DNA from: an uncultured Geobacter sp.
GTDB lineage: Bacteria > Desulfobacterota > Desulfuromonadia > Geobacterales > Pseudopelobacteraceae
Reading direction: 5' to 3'
Assembly (NCBI GenBank): GCA_964582605.1
Contig: CAZOTC010000001.1
Span: 1 to 41,873 of the forward strand
DNA: 41,873 bases
The position numbers and the translations under genes were made by a program. The notes below the pieces were generated by a model. The model was not told the origin of the DNA, ran no database searches, and worked only from the letters and a program-made list of their open reading frames with translations. Shown piece by piece: positions 27,433 to 37,451 of the stretch. Numbering within the stretch: position 1 is the stretch's first letter; each line of letters begins with the position of its first letter.

Positions 27433-28257
27433 ATGCTGAGTCTTGATGCGATACTGTTGAACGCCTTACATGAAGATATCCACACCGGAGATCTGACAAC
27501 GCTGGCGGTGGTCCCTGAGCCACGTCAGGCTAACGCCCGTCTGGTGGCCAAGGAGAGATTAACCGTAGCCGGGACAGCTGCTGCTGCCAGGGTGTTCACC
27601 TTGCTTGATCCCAAATCCGTACTGGATGTCTGTTGCCATGAGGGGCAGATTGTTGAAAAAGGGGCCGTGATGGTCCGTATCTCCGGTGATGCCGCAGCGT
27701 TGTTGCAGTGTGAGCGGGTTGCCCTGAATCTGCTGCAACGAATGTGTGGTATTGCAACCCTGACGGCCGGCTATGTTGCTGCTGTGGCCGGCACCAGGGC
27801 CCGTATTGTTGACACCCGCAAAACAACCCCCGGCCTGCGGGTGCTGGAGAAATACGCGGTACGGGTTGGCGGTGGAATCAACCATCGCACCGGTCTTTAC
27901 GATGGCATCCTGATCAAGGAAAACCATATTACTGCTGCCGGTGGCATTACCGAGGCCATTCGCCGTGCCAGGGCCTACATCCCCCACACGCTGAAGATCG
28001 AGATTGAAACCGAGACGGTGGAGCAGGTACAGGAAGCGCTGTCTGCCGGTGCTGATATCATCATGCTTGATAACATGAGCTGTGCCGACATGCGCCATTG
28101 CGTTGAGCTGATCGCCGGGCGTGCACTGGTTGAAGCCTCCGGCGGTGTAAACCTTGAGAGTGTCAGGGCCATTGCCGAAACCGGTGTTGATATCATCTCG
28201 GTCGGGGCATTGACCCATTCCTCCCGTGCCATGGATATCTCCATGCTGCTGGATTGA
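27433..28257 (+). CDS. nadC: Quinolinate phosphoribosyltransferase
   Basis: ERVALN, DTRKTTPG, NHR.GL.D, LIKENH, EASGG, ISVGALTH. Confidence 0.97.
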   Translation: MLSLDAILLNALHEDIHTGDLTTLAVVPEPRQANARLVAKERLTVAGTAAAARVFTLLDPKSVLDVCCHEGQIVEKGAVMVRISGDAAALLQCERVALNLLQRMCGIATLTAGYVAAVAGTRARIVDTRKTTPGLRVLEKYAVRVGGGINHRTGLYDGILIKENHITAAGGITEAIRRARAYIPHTLKIEIETETVEQVQEALSAGADIIMLDNMSCADMRHCVELIAGRALVEASGGVNLESVRAIAETGVDIISVGALTHSSRAMDISMLLD

Positions 28258-28261
28258 TCTG

Positions 28262-29245
28262 ATGCCACGGCGGCCGGCAACGTCAGAGCTGGTGAGATTG
28301 CTGCGCGTTGACGGCGGTGTTGTCTCCGGCGAGCAGCTCAGTCGTCAGTTGGGGGTTTCCCGCACCGCCATCTGGAAACAGGTCTCCCTGCTGCGTACCC
28401 GTGGCTACCGGATTGTATCAGTGCCCTCGCAGGGCTACCGGTTGCTGTCAGAACCTGACCTGCTGGATGCTGCAGATCTCATGAACAGCATAGGGAACAG
28501 CTGTCTGATAGGAAGAAAGGTAGTCTGCCGTGCAGAAACAGACTCCACCAACAGTGATGCCTTCAGGCTGGCAGAAGAAGGGGGCGAGGAGGGGACGGTC
28601 CTGCTTGCAGAGCGCCAGTTGTCCGGAAAAGGAAGACTGGGGCGCCGCTGGGAATCACCTGCCGGGGTTAACCTCTACTGTTCAGTGATCTTGCGTCCGG
28701 AGCTGCCACCCTATGAAGCGCCGCAACTTACCTTTCTTTCTGCTGTGGCTGTGGCCCGGACAATTCAGGCAACTACCGGTCTGCTGCCTGCTATCAAATG
28801 GCCCAATGATCTGCTGATCAACGGTCGCAAGGTGGCCGGGCTGCTCAATGAAATGAATGCAGAGACTGACCGGGTAGGTTTTGTGATTCTGGGGATCGGG
28901 GTCAATCTGAACATGCAGGCTGAACAATTTCCTGCAGACCTTCGCAGTCCGGCTACCTCGCTGCAGATTGAGTCGGGGACGCCGGTGTCTCGTCAGGCGT
29001 TTACCCTGCGGCTGTTGCAGGAGCTTGATAACGAATATTGCCGGTTTCGACATGACGGTTTCGGCCCGGTCCGGGATGAATGGGCACGATACTGTAATGC
29101 CTACGGCCGTCAAGTGTCCGTCGATCTTGGAACGGGCAGCATGCAGGGAGGCTTTGTCGGGATTGATCATGATGGCGCGTTGCTGATCCGGCTTCCGGAC
29201 GGCAGTCGGGAAAGAATACTGAGCGGTGATGTGACCGTACTCTGA
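28262..29245 (+). CDS. birA: Bifunctional biotin ligase / repressor
   Basis: N-terminal HTH (SGEQLS..SRTAIWK), [25 protein letters not shown]. Confidence 0.96.
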   Translation: MPRRPATSELVRLLRVDGGVVSGEQLSRQLGVSRTAIWKQVSLLRTRGYRIVSVPSQGYRLLSEPDLLDAADLMNSIGNSCLIGRKVVCRAETDSTNSDAFRLAEEGGEEGTVLLAERQLSGKGRLGRRWESPAGVNLYCSVILRPELPPYEAPQLTFLSAVAVARTIQATTGLLPAIKWPNDLLINGRKVAGLLNEMNAETDRVGFVILGIGVNLNMQAEQFPADLRSPATSLQIESGTPVSRQAFTLRLLQELDNEYCRFRHDGFGPVRDEWARYCNAYGRQVSVDLGTGSMQGGFVGIDHDGALLIRLPDGSRERILSGDVTVL

Positions 29246-29258
29246 AAGAGAGATAGTC

Positions 29259-30023
29259 TTGCTTCTTGTTATTGATGTTGGTAACAGCAATATCGTGCTT
29301 GGTATTTTCAGCGATGAAAAACTGGTGCGGCACTGGCGGATCTCGACGGACAAATCCCGTACATCGGATGAATACGGGATCATGCTGCACAGTCTTTTTT
29401 CTCTGGCTGATCTGTCGCTCTTACGCATCAAGGCCATCATCATCTCTTCTGTGGTTCCTCCCCTGACCGGTGTGTTGGAAGCCCTGTGCAGGGACTTCTT
29501 TTCCTTACCACCCTACGTGGTCGGCCCAGGCATTAAAACAGGGATGCAGATCCAGTACGACAACCCGCGAGAGGTAGGGGCTGATCGTATTGTGAACGCT
29601 GTGGCAGGCTTTGAAAAACATCACTGCCCATTGATAATTGTTGATTTTGGAACAGCCACCACCTTTGATTACGTAAACGTCCGGGGTGATTACTGCGGTG
29701 GAGCCATTGCCCCTGGTCTGGCAATTTCGCTTGAGGCGCTCTTTCAGCGTGCAAGCAAACTGCCTCGGGTAGATATCTGCCGCCCTCCCCAGGCCATTGC
29801 CAAAAATACGGTCAACTCGATGCAGTCCGGTATTTTCTACGGGTATGTCGGCTTGGTGGATGGTATTGTAGGGCGGTTGCAACAGGAAAGCCATGAACAA
29901 TGCCGGGTAATCGCAACCGGTGGTCTGGCCGGCCTGATAGCACCGGAGTCAAAGACTATTGATGAAGTTGATGCATTCCTGACCCTGGATGGGTTAAGGA
30001 TTCTGTATGAGCGGAACCGATAA
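29259..30023 (+). CDS. coaX: Type III pantothenate kinase
   Basis: IDVGNS, SSVVP, GADR, VDFGTAT, ATGG. Confidence 0.96.
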   Translation: MLLVIDVGNSNIVLGIFSDEKLVRHWRISTDKSRTSDEYGIMLHSLFSLADLSLLRIKAIIISSVVPPLTGVLEALCRDFFSLPPYVVGPGIKTGMQIQYDNPREVGADRIVNAVAGFEKHHCPLIIVDFGTATTFDYVNVRGDYCGGAIAPGLAISLEALFQRASKLPRVDICRPPQAIAKNTVNSMQSGIFYGYVGLVDGIVGRLQQESHEQCRVIATGGLAGLIAPESKTIDEVDAFLTLDGLRILYERNR

Positions 30024-30073
30024 TTCCTGATCAGTTGTCATGTAGCTAATCAACGCAGACAAGGAGGCAGCGC

Positions 30074-32158
30074 ATGGGGTCGTATCCGACGGAGAAGATT
30101 CGTAACCTGGGAATTGTGGCACACGGTGGGGCCGGCAAGACGTCACTGGCTGAGGCGATTCTGTTCAATACCGGTATGATTGACCGCCTGGGCCGTGTAG
30201 ATGACGGCACCTCGACCATGGACTATGAGCCTGAAGAGATCAAACGCAAGATTTCTATCTCGTCAGCCTTTGATCATTGCGAGTGGGATGGCCATTCGAT
30301 ACATTTTGTTGATACTCCCGGTTACGGCGATTTTATTGGTGATACCCGTGCCTGTATGCGTGCGCTGGATTGCGCTGTGGTGATCCTGTCAGCCATTTCC
30401 GGTGTAAAAGTCCAGACTGAGGAGGTGTGGGAATGGGCCAACGAGTTTGAAATTCCCCGTATCGCCTTTGTGAACAAAATGGATAAGGAACGGGCCAACT
30501 TTTTGCGGGCAATTGACGATATGGAAAAGAGCCTGAAGGCACGTGGTGTGGCCATCCAGATGCCGATTGGTGCTGAAGAGTCCTTTGAAGGGGTGGTTGA
30601 CCTGATCAGGATGAAGGCCTGCAAATATGCCAAGGATGGTTCCGGCGGCTGTCAGGAGATCGATATTCCGGCAGACTACCTGGATGAAGCGCAGCGCTTG
30701 CGGGAACACATGGTTGAGATCGTTGCCGAAGCCTACGATGCCCTGACGGAAAAATATCTGGAAACCGGCGAATTGACTGAAGAGGAAATCCTTGATGGTC
30801 TGCGGGTAGGGACCATGCGTAACACCTTTACTCCGGTTCTCTGCGGTTCCGCCACCCTGAATGTCGGTGTCAAGCAGCTCCTGAAAGCGGTGTGCGACTT
30901 TCTTCCGTCTCCACTTGACCGGACCAAGGCGGTTGGTACCAACCCTAAAAACAACCAGCTTGCAGAGCGCGGGCCTGATGAGAAAGAGCCGTTCTCGGCA
31001 CTAGTGTTCAAGACTACTTCTGACCCTTACACCGGCAAGATCACCATTTTCAGGATTTATTCGGGTACCCTTAATTCTGACTCCACCATTTTCAACGCCA
31101 CCAAAGGGGTTGAAGAGCGGATCGGCCAGATTTATGAACTGGAAGGCAAGAAGCAGAAACCGCTCAAGCAGGCCTTTGCCGGTGACATTGTTGCAGTCGC
31201 AAAGCTGAAGGAGACGGTTACCGGTGACACACTCTGCGATCCCAATAATCCGATTGTCTATGAACCGGCCAAACAGCTCTTACCGGTTATTTCCTATGCA
31301 ATCGAGCCAAAGACCAAGGCCGATGAAGACAAGATCCACAATGCCCTGCACCGTCTGATTGAGGAAGAACCGACGCTTGAGTCCCATCGTGACGCTCAGA
31401 CCAAGGAGTTTATTATTTCAGGGTTGGGACAGGTGCACCTTGATGTTATTGTTGAAAAGATGAAGCGCAAGTTTAATGTTGAAGTGTTGTTGAAAACCCC
31501 GAAGATTCCTTATTTTGAAACGATACGCGGTACTGCCAAGGTGCAGGGCAAGTACAAGAAGCAGTCAGGCGGTCGAGGACAGTACGGTGATTGCTGGATT
31601 GAAATGGGACCGACCGGGCGTGGCGAGGGGTATCTCTTTGAAGACAAGGTCGTGGGGGGGGTGGTTCCCCGTCAGTATATCCCTGCAGTAGACAAGGGGA
31701 TTCAGGAGGCTGCCCTTGAAGGCTTCCTGGCGGGCTATCCGGTGGTTGACTTCAGGGTTGCCCTGTATGACGGCTCGTTCCACACGGTTGACTCATCCGA
31801 AATGGCGTTTAAGGTGGCAGGCTCTCTGGCCTTCAAGAAGGCCATGGAACAATGTAAGCCGGTGCTGCTGGAGCCTATCGTCAACCTGACGGTTACTGTG
31901 CCGGATGAAAATATGGGCGATGTGATCGGTGATCTGAACTCACGCAGGGGCAAGGTGGTCGGTGTTGAACCCAAGGCCCATTCGCAGACCATCAAGGCGG
32001 TGGTGCCTATGTCAGAGGTGCTGGCCTATTCAAACGACCTCAAATCGATGACCAGTGACCGCGGCCTGTTCAGTACTGAATTCTCGCATTATGAAGAAGT
32101 GCCGACTCATATGGCGCAAAAAGTGATTGCCGAGGCACAGGCAGCCAAAAAAGATTAA
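30074..32158 (+). CDS. fusA: Elongation factor G paralog (EF-G2 type)
   Basis: GAGKT, DTPGY, NKMD, KQSGGRGQYG, HTVDSS; not in an rpsL-rpsG operon. Confidence 0.93.
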   Translation: MGSYPTEKIRNLGIVAHGGAGKTSLAEAILFNTGMIDRLGRVDDGTSTMDYEPEEIKRKISISSAFDHCEWDGHSIHFVDTPGYGDFIGDTRACMRALDCAVVILSAISGVKVQTEEVWEWANEFEIPRIAFVNKMDKERANFLRAIDDMEKSLKARGVAIQMPIGAEESFEGVVDLIRMKACKYAKDGSGGCQEIDIPADYLDEAQRLREHMVEIVAEAYDALTEKYLETGELTEEEILDGLRVGTMRNTFTPVLCGSATLNVGVKQLLKAVCDFLPSPLDRTKAVGTNPKNNQLAERGPDEKEPFSALVFKTTSDPYTGKITIFRIYSGTLNSDSTIFNATKGVEERIGQIYELEGKKQKPLKQAFAGDIVAVAKLKETVTGDTLCDPNNPIVYEPAKQLLPVISYAIEPKTKADEDKIHNALHRLIEEEPTLESHRDAQTKEFIISGLGQVHLDVIVEKMKRKFNVEVLLKTPKIPYFETIRGTAKVQGKYKKQSGGRGQYGDCWIEMGPTGRGEGYLFEDKVVGGVVPRQYIPAVDKGIQEAALEGFLAGYPVVDFRVALYDGSFHTVDSSEMAFKVAGSLAFKKAMEQCKPVLLEPIVNLTVTVPDENMGDVIGDLNSRRGKVVGVEPKAHSQTIKAVVPMSEVLAYSNDLKSMTSDRGLFSTEFSHYEEVPTHMAQKVIAEAQAAKKD

Positions 32159-32163
32159 ACCAT

Positions 32164-32193
32164 CAGGGGCTGGCAGCCTGTGCTGCCGGCCCT
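32164..32193 (+). terminator. Possible hairpin after the fusA paralog
   Basis: GGGGCTGGCAGC..GCTGCCGGCCCTTT. Confidence 0.45.
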
Positions 32194-32221
32194 TTGAATC
32201 TGTGTATCCCGGAGGTAGTGT

Positions 32222-33232
32222 ATGGAATTCAAGTTTGGCAAGGATAAGGCTGATGAAGGAGCGCCTGCTCAGCCACAGGAAAAAAGTAAACAGACCGGAC
32301 TGCTCGTGTTGCTTCTGATCCTTTTGGGCGGATTTGGTTATCTCTATTTCTTTACCGGGTTGATCAGGCCTCAGGAGGCACCTCCGGCTCCACCGCCTCC
32401 GCCACAAGTGGTAAAACAGCCATTACCGTCCCGAGATGCTGCCGTTCCTGCTGCTGCAAAACCGGCTGACCAGAAAGCCGCCGCACCTTCCAGTGCACCT
32501 GTTCCGGCAGCACAACCGGCTGTCAAGCCGCCGCCAAAAACTGCTGATGCAAAACCTGCTGTGGCACCTGCGGCAAAACAGGAGCCTGCCAAACCTGTCG
32601 CACCCGTAGCAAAACAGCCTGAACCGGTTAAACCTGCAGTACCTTCAACTGTCAAGACGGAACCGAAAAAAGCTGTACCGCCGCCGGCAAAGGTTGAAGA
32701 GAAAAAGTCTGCCATTGCAGCTGCGCCAACGGCCAAGCCGGTCGAGACCGTCAAGAAGCAGCCGGCAGTGTCCAAGACGCAGGGACCGTGGACAGTGGTG
32801 GTTGGACTGTATGTGGTGGAAGAAACCCTGGCTGAAGATATGGCCAAGATGAAGAAGGCCGGTTTGACGCCGGTGATGACAAGCGGTCCCAGACGTCCGG
32901 TTACCATGCATCGCCTGTTCTATGGCGACTATACCGGCAAACAGGAGGCCCAAAAGGCGGTTGAAACACTGAAAAATACAGCGGGAGGCGGATTTTCCGT
33001 GCAGCGCGGCGAAAAACATGAGGTGTTTGCCGGATCATACGCTGTGCTGAGTGGTGCACAGTCAGAGCAGCAGCGGCTGGCAGCTGCCGGTATCAAGGTG
33101 ACGGTACGCAAGACGCAGGTACCGTTAGCCTCGCGCAAGCTGACAGCCGGAACCTTTACCGATCGTAAAGCTGCTGTTGAAGTCCAGAAAAAACTGAAGA
33201 GTGCCGGTATCGGTTCGCCGGAGATTGAATAG
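32222..33232 (+). CDS. Bitopic membrane protein with Pro/Ala/Lys linker and SPOR-like domain(s)
   Basis: One TM helix, long PAK-rich stalk, C-terminal WTVVVG..G.F/Y..A repeats. Confidence 0.8.
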   Translation: MEFKFGKDKADEGAPAQPQEKSKQTGLLVLLLILLGGFGYLYFFTGLIRPQEAPPAPPPPPQVVKQPLPSRDAAVPAAAKPADQKAAAPSSAPVPAAQPAVKPPPKTADAKPAVAPAAKQEPAKPVAPVAKQPEPVKPAVPSTVKTEPKKAVPPPAKVEEKKSAIAAAPTAKPVETVKKQPAVSKTQGPWTVVVGLYVVEETLAEDMAKMKKAGLTPVMTSGPRRPVTMHRLFYGDYTGKQEAQKAVETLKNTAGGGFSVQRGEKHEVFAGSYAVLSGAQSEQQRLAAAGIKVTVRKTQVPLASRKLTAGTFTDRKAAVEVQKKLKSAGIGSPEIE

Positions 33233-33242
33233 CGGAACAGCT

Positions 33243-34151
33243 GTGGCTGAGTCGGTACGGATTACAATTCCTGCGTCAGTTGCTGTTTTTGTCAAGCCTG
33301 ACGCTCCATTGCAGGAGCGGCTGCGTGGGGCTGCGGGAGATGTCTCGCTCCCCCCCCACGAACTGCTGCTGCTGTGGTTCTGTCTGAGCAAAGATAGCGA
33401 GCCGGACGTGGCTTTGCTGGCAAAATCTTCGCTGGCATCGGTTGATTGTCAACTGGTGCTGGGAGCTCTTGCTGTCAGCCGGTATCATCCGGCGCTTCTA
33501 CATACACTGGCGCTGCTACGGGGTACAGAGCCGGATATCAGAGATGCATTACTGGCGCGTCCGGAACTGGCTGAGATAACGCGAAGCCAGTTGGCTGCGA
33601 TGACTGTTACTGCAGAAACATCAGGAGTAGCGGATCTCGACGAGGATTCTGAAGAAGCGTTGCAAGACCTGACACCTGCAGTTGATCAGGATGCTGCAGA
33701 GGCAACTGATGATGACGCTGCAGATTTGGAAAATGATGAGTATCTCAGTAAATACAAGCTGGCTCAGGTCATGGGGATCGGCGAAAAGATCAAGATGGCT
33801 TTGACCGGTGACAAGGAGTGGCGAAAAATCCTGATCAAGGATGCCAATAAACTGGTCAGCAGCGGGGTGCTGAAAAATCCGAGGATTACCGAGCCTGAGG
33901 TGCTGACCGTCCTGAAGTCAGGTGTTCAGAACGATGAAGTAATGCGGTTGATCTGTGCAAACAAGGAGTGGATCAAGAACTACCAGATCCGTAAGGCCCT
34001 GATTGAGAATCCCAAGACACCGTTAGCCAATGCCCTGCGTTATCTGGGGACGATGAATGAAAAAGAACTTGCCAATTATGCAAAAAGCAAAAACATCTCA
34101 TCAGTGGTTGCCACCCAGGCCAAACGGATGCTGTTGAACAAAAAACGATAG
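33243..34151 (+). CDS. Conserved hypothetical helical-repeat protein
   Basis: EKIKMALTG, LKNPRIT, WIKNYQIRKALIENPKTP; acidic linker; GTG start inferred. Confidence 0.75.
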   Translation: MAESVRITIPASVAVFVKPDAPLQERLRGAAGDVSLPPHELLLLWFCLSKDSEPDVALLAKSSLASVDCQLVLGALAVSRYHPALLHTLALLRGTEPDIRDALLARPELAEITRSQLAAMTVTAETSGVADLDEDSEEALQDLTPAVDQDAAEATDDDAADLENDEYLSKYKLAQVMGIGEKIKMALTGDKEWRKILIKDANKLVSSGVLKNPRITEPEVLTVLKSGVQNDEVMRLICANKEWIKNYQIRKALIENPKTPLANALRYLGTMNEKELANYAKSKNISSVVATQAKRMLLNKKR

Positions 34152-34181
34152 TATTCCGGGAAACAGGACAGTTCTACCTCA

Positions 34182-34961
34182 ATGGCGGTCATTAATCATG
34201 CAAAACGTGAAATAAATGCAAAAATTGTTTATTTCGGTTCTCCTGGTTGCGGCAAGGGCAAGCTGTTTCATTTTATCCATCAGCGAATCAAGCCCAGCCT
34301 CTGCGGCCCCCTCAAGACTATGCCTGCCGGTAGCGATACCCTGCTTTTTTTTGACTATATCCCCTTTGAAAACTCCAGCCTTGACGGCTACAGAATCCGT
34401 TTCCATCTCTATACCATGACCGGTCCGGTTACCAATCCGGGGACCTGGAAGATGACCCTGAAAGGGCTTGATGGACTTGCTTTTGTGACGACCGGCGCGG
34501 AAGCAGGAGGCAGTGCAGCTGCTGAAAGTCTGCGTGTGCTCAGGTCAATGCTTGCAGCATACGGCAAGGATTTGTGTTCATTACCCCGGTTGTGGCTATC
34601 CTGCGGAAGTGAAGGGAAAGAACCTGAGCATAGCGAATGTAAGGATTATTTTGATGAAAACCTGAAACACGCCTGTTCGGTTGCTAGCGGAGAGGGGGTG
34701 CTGCAGTCTCTGGCACAGCTTTCTCAAGCCGTCTTACAGCAGCTGCGCCAGGAGTATGAACCATCTGCGTATACCGGCAGTACAGGGGGGGCTCAGGTGC
34801 CGGAAGAGGCAGTGCCCCCTTCGATGGAGACGATAACCTTGCCTGAAGTCAGGCTGACCATGGCCGGTCATTCGGTGGTACACGTACCGCTTGTTATTCA
34901 GGACGGTGCTCGTGTCAGGAACTACAAGCTTTCACTTGTGTTTCAACCGGAAGAAGGCTGA
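34182..34961 (+). CDS. MglA-like small GTPase with degenerate G-motifs
   Basis: INHAKREINAKIVYFG, TLLFFDYIP, RFHLYT, LKGLDG match the MglA pattern; catalytic motifs altered. Confidence 0.8.
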   Translation: MAVINHAKREINAKIVYFGSPGCGKGKLFHFIHQRIKPSLCGPLKTMPAGSDTLLFFDYIPFENSSLDGYRIRFHLYTMTGPVTNPGTWKMTLKGLDGLAFVTTGAEAGGSAAAESLRVLRSMLAAYGKDLCSLPRLWLSCGSEGKEPEHSECKDYFDENLKHACSVASGEGVLQSLAQLSQAVLQQLRQEYEPSAYTGSTGGAQVPEEAVPPSMETITLPEVRLTMAGHSVVHVPLVIQDGARVRNYKLSLVFQPEEG

Positions 34962-35539
34962 CGCTTAACACGAGGGAGAAGAAAAGGAACATCTTGCTGG
35001 TACCTTTGATAGCTTTTGCCATACTGTTTGAGCATGCGACGCTCTTCTAGCAGAGCACCAAAGATGAAATAGGCTGCACTGCAGACAGTCAATACAATCC
35101 AGCGGGTTGTGACGACAGGATTCAGCAGCAGGAACAGGATTCCCAGCAGGTAGAGCGGGTGCCGTACAACCGCATAACAGCCGGTTGTTATCATAGGAGA
35201 CGGCTCATTCGCAGTTTCTGCAGTAAATCCAAGAAAACGGGCCATTCCTGTCTGGCGCAGACAGATAACACCTGCCCACAGGATGAGCAACTGGAGGCCA
35301 TGCATAATCAGACTCCAAATCCCGGGAGCGACAAACAGTACGGCCGTTGATTGCCAGGCCAACAGCACCCATCCAAACATAAGTGTCGAAAAAATATTGT
35401 AGGTAATTCGGTATCCAGGCAGGGCGTGTCCGGCCATTTGCTGTATCCGCTTCTTGATACGCGGAGCTGCAAGCAGTGAGTGTACAACACAGAAAAGTAC
35501 CAATCGAAAGGTAAAGTCAAGGCTGTCCGTCACAGTCAT
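34943..35539 (-). CDS. NnrU / isoprenylcysteine carboxyl methyltransferase family membrane protein
   Basis: HSLLA, YRITYN, G.Y..VRHPLY, EERRM..YG..Y..YQ..VP. Confidence 0.82.
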   Translation of the reverse strand: MTVTDSLDFTFRLVLFCVVHSLLAAPRIKKRIQQMAGHALPGYRITYNIFSTLMFGWVLLAWQSTAVLFVAPGIWSLIMHGLQLLILWAGVICLRQTGMARFLGFTAETANEPSPMITTGCYAVVRHPLYLLGILFLLLNPVVTTRWIVLTVCSAAYFIFGALLEERRMLKQYGKSYQRYQQDVPFLLPRVKRQPSSG

Positions 35540-35643
35540 CTCCTTTGTCTGTTGCAGCCTAGCACTGCAGTCTTGTGCAGACAAGCGGAACGTGGTAGTT
35601 TCATCCTTCGTTAAAGCGATTTGAGCCTGAGGAGCGAGGTCCG

Positions 35644-36471
35644 ATGCCGATAATTACAATTTCCCGTGAAATGGGAACCGGTGCATACAGTATAGCCAAA
35701 GAGCTGGCAAAGAAGCTGAAGTACACCCTGGTGGACGGCCCCCAAATAGCTGCAAGCGCTGCAGCATTTGGCCTTACTCTGGAGATGCTGCAGGCCGTTG
35801 ATGAAAAGCCGCCCTCATACAATACCGTTGAGGATCGGGCCCGGGCAGCTTCCCTTAATTCAATTGAGCTGATTCTGCTTGAATTTGCCAAAAAAGGTAA
35901 TGTCATTCTCTATGGCCGGGGAGGCCAGGATTTGCTGCAAGGCTGTGCCAATGTGCTAAGATTACGTTTTATCGCAGATTTTGAAGAGCGGGTAGAGCGC
36001 TTCTCGGAACGGGAATGGATCGATCCGGACCTGGCTCAGGAGCTGATCAGGCGGAGCGACCATCAGCGTGGCGGCTTCATCCATTTTTATTTTGATCGGG
36101 ATTGGAATGATCCGCTTGGCTACGACCTGACGTTTAACACCTCCCGTTTTTCCCATGAGTCAATCATCGATATTGTTGTTGCAGCGGTAAAAGATCCTCA
36201 GCTGAAGGAGGCCGACGTCTGGTCAGCCGGGGAGATTGAAAATACGATTCTTGTTAAAACAATAGAGACAGCGCTGCTGCGGTCTGAAGAGCTTGAGTAT
36301 CGGCCATTCAGGATTGAAGTTGAAGACGGCCAGGTAACAATGTCCGGCTATATCGGTTCAGAAACTGAAAAACAGGCTGCTTTGCGGGTTGCTGCTGCAG
36401 TACAGGGAGTTAAGGGGGTAACTGATAACCTGCATGTCGTCAACTATCGTGAATTCAAGGATAAGTGTTAA
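35644..36471 (+). CDS. Cytidylate-kinase-like protein with a C-terminal BON domain
   Basis: IITISREMGTG, VILYGRGG, YDL.FNT; V.VEDG.VTMSG..VQGVKGV.DNL. Confidence 0.85.
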   Translation: MPIITISREMGTGAYSIAKELAKKLKYTLVDGPQIAASAAAFGLTLEMLQAVDEKPPSYNTVEDRARAASLNSIELILLEFAKKGNVILYGRGGQDLLQGCANVLRLRFIADFEERVERFSEREWIDPDLAQELIRRSDHQRGGFIHFYFDRDWNDPLGYDLTFNTSRFSHESIIDIVVAAVKDPQLKEADVWSAGEIENTILVKTIETALLRSEELEYRPFRIEVEDGQVTMSGYIGSETEKQAALRVAAAVQGVKGVTDNLHVVNYREFKDKC

Positions 36472-37335
36472 TCAGAAAGTCCGTTTTGACTGCTGTTTTT
36501 CAGCAGCCTGACGAAGGGGCGGGAGCAGGGCATCGGAAAACCGGATACCTCCCCGCCCTTTTCCAATACAGTCATCCGGCTCAATTCCATGGAAATCAGA
36601 ACCGGCGGTTACCAACAGGTTCAAGCGGCGAGCCAGCCCCTGCAGGCAGATGACTTCATGCTCCATTGTCATGTTGTTAAACAGCTCAATCCCGTCAAGG
36701 CCTAGTCCTTTTAGTTCTGTGATAAGGTCTGACAAAAGCTGCATGTCCCGGGTAACGCTCGTGGGATGGGCAAGTACGGCAATGCCTCCAGTTCTTTGTA
36801 TGGTTGCCAGGGCATTTTCCAGCGGCCAATAGAATTTTGGCACGTTGCATGGCACCAGATAGCGATTAAACGCATCCTCCATCCCGCTTACATACCCGCG
36901 CTGCATCAAAGCCCGTGCAATATGAGGCCGCCCCATAACGCCGTCAGCCAATCGTACTACCTCTTCTCTTGTCAGCGGTTCCTTCATTTCCCGATCAAGA
37001 AGTTCATTGACAAGCTGAAGGATTTCATGGTTCCTAGTGTCCCTGCGTAGGGCAAACTCATCCAGACGCTGCGTCAACTCCGGATCGTCTATGTCGATCC
37101 AGTATCCCAGTAGATGTATGTCGCTGAACCCCCTGAAACAGACAGAAAGCTCTACACCGGGAATGACCTCGATGCCACACTGTTTTCCGGCAAACGTCGC
37201 ATCCACAACTCCTGAAACGGTGTCATGATCGCATACGGCGATTGTGCTGAGGCCGGCTTGAGCGGCTGCGTGAACAAGTGCGCCCGGTGGCAGCATCCCG
37301 TCAGAACAACTTGAATGCAGATGTAAATCAATCAT
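36472..37335 (-). CDS. PHP domain phosphoesterase (TrpH/YciV-like)
   Basis: IDLHLHS..SDG, CDHDT, GVELS, RPHIA, LAHP, GSDFHG; AAGGAGG RBS before ATG 37335. Confidence 0.92.
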   Translation of the reverse strand: MIDLHLHSSCSDGMLPPGALVHAAAQAGLSTIAVCDHDTVSGVVDATFAGKQCGIEVIPGVELSVCFRGFSDIHLLGYWIDIDDPELTQRLDEFALRRDTRNHEILQLVNELLDREMKEPLTREEVVRLADGVMGRPHIARALMQRGYVSGMEDAFNRYLVPCNVPKFYWPLENALATIQRTGGIAVLAHPTSVTRDMQLLSDLITELKGLGLDGIELFNNMTMEHEVICLQGLARRLNLLVTAGSDFHGIEPDDCIGKGRGGIRFSDALLPPLRQAAEKQQSKRTF

Positions 37336-37451
37336 TGGCAGCACCTCCTTCAGGGGTATGATGCAATCGCTTTCCTGAAAATGCAAGGAGACGGTCAAAA
37401 AAGATATGCATGACGATTGTCTGATCACAGATTAGGAGCTACAATGCAATC

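Noticed and set aside
28682-29443. 253-aa minus-strand ORF (likewise 27559..28218, 4978..5547, 32371..32907 and other short ORFs)
   Set aside because: Shadows of well-supported genes on the opposite strand or in another frame.
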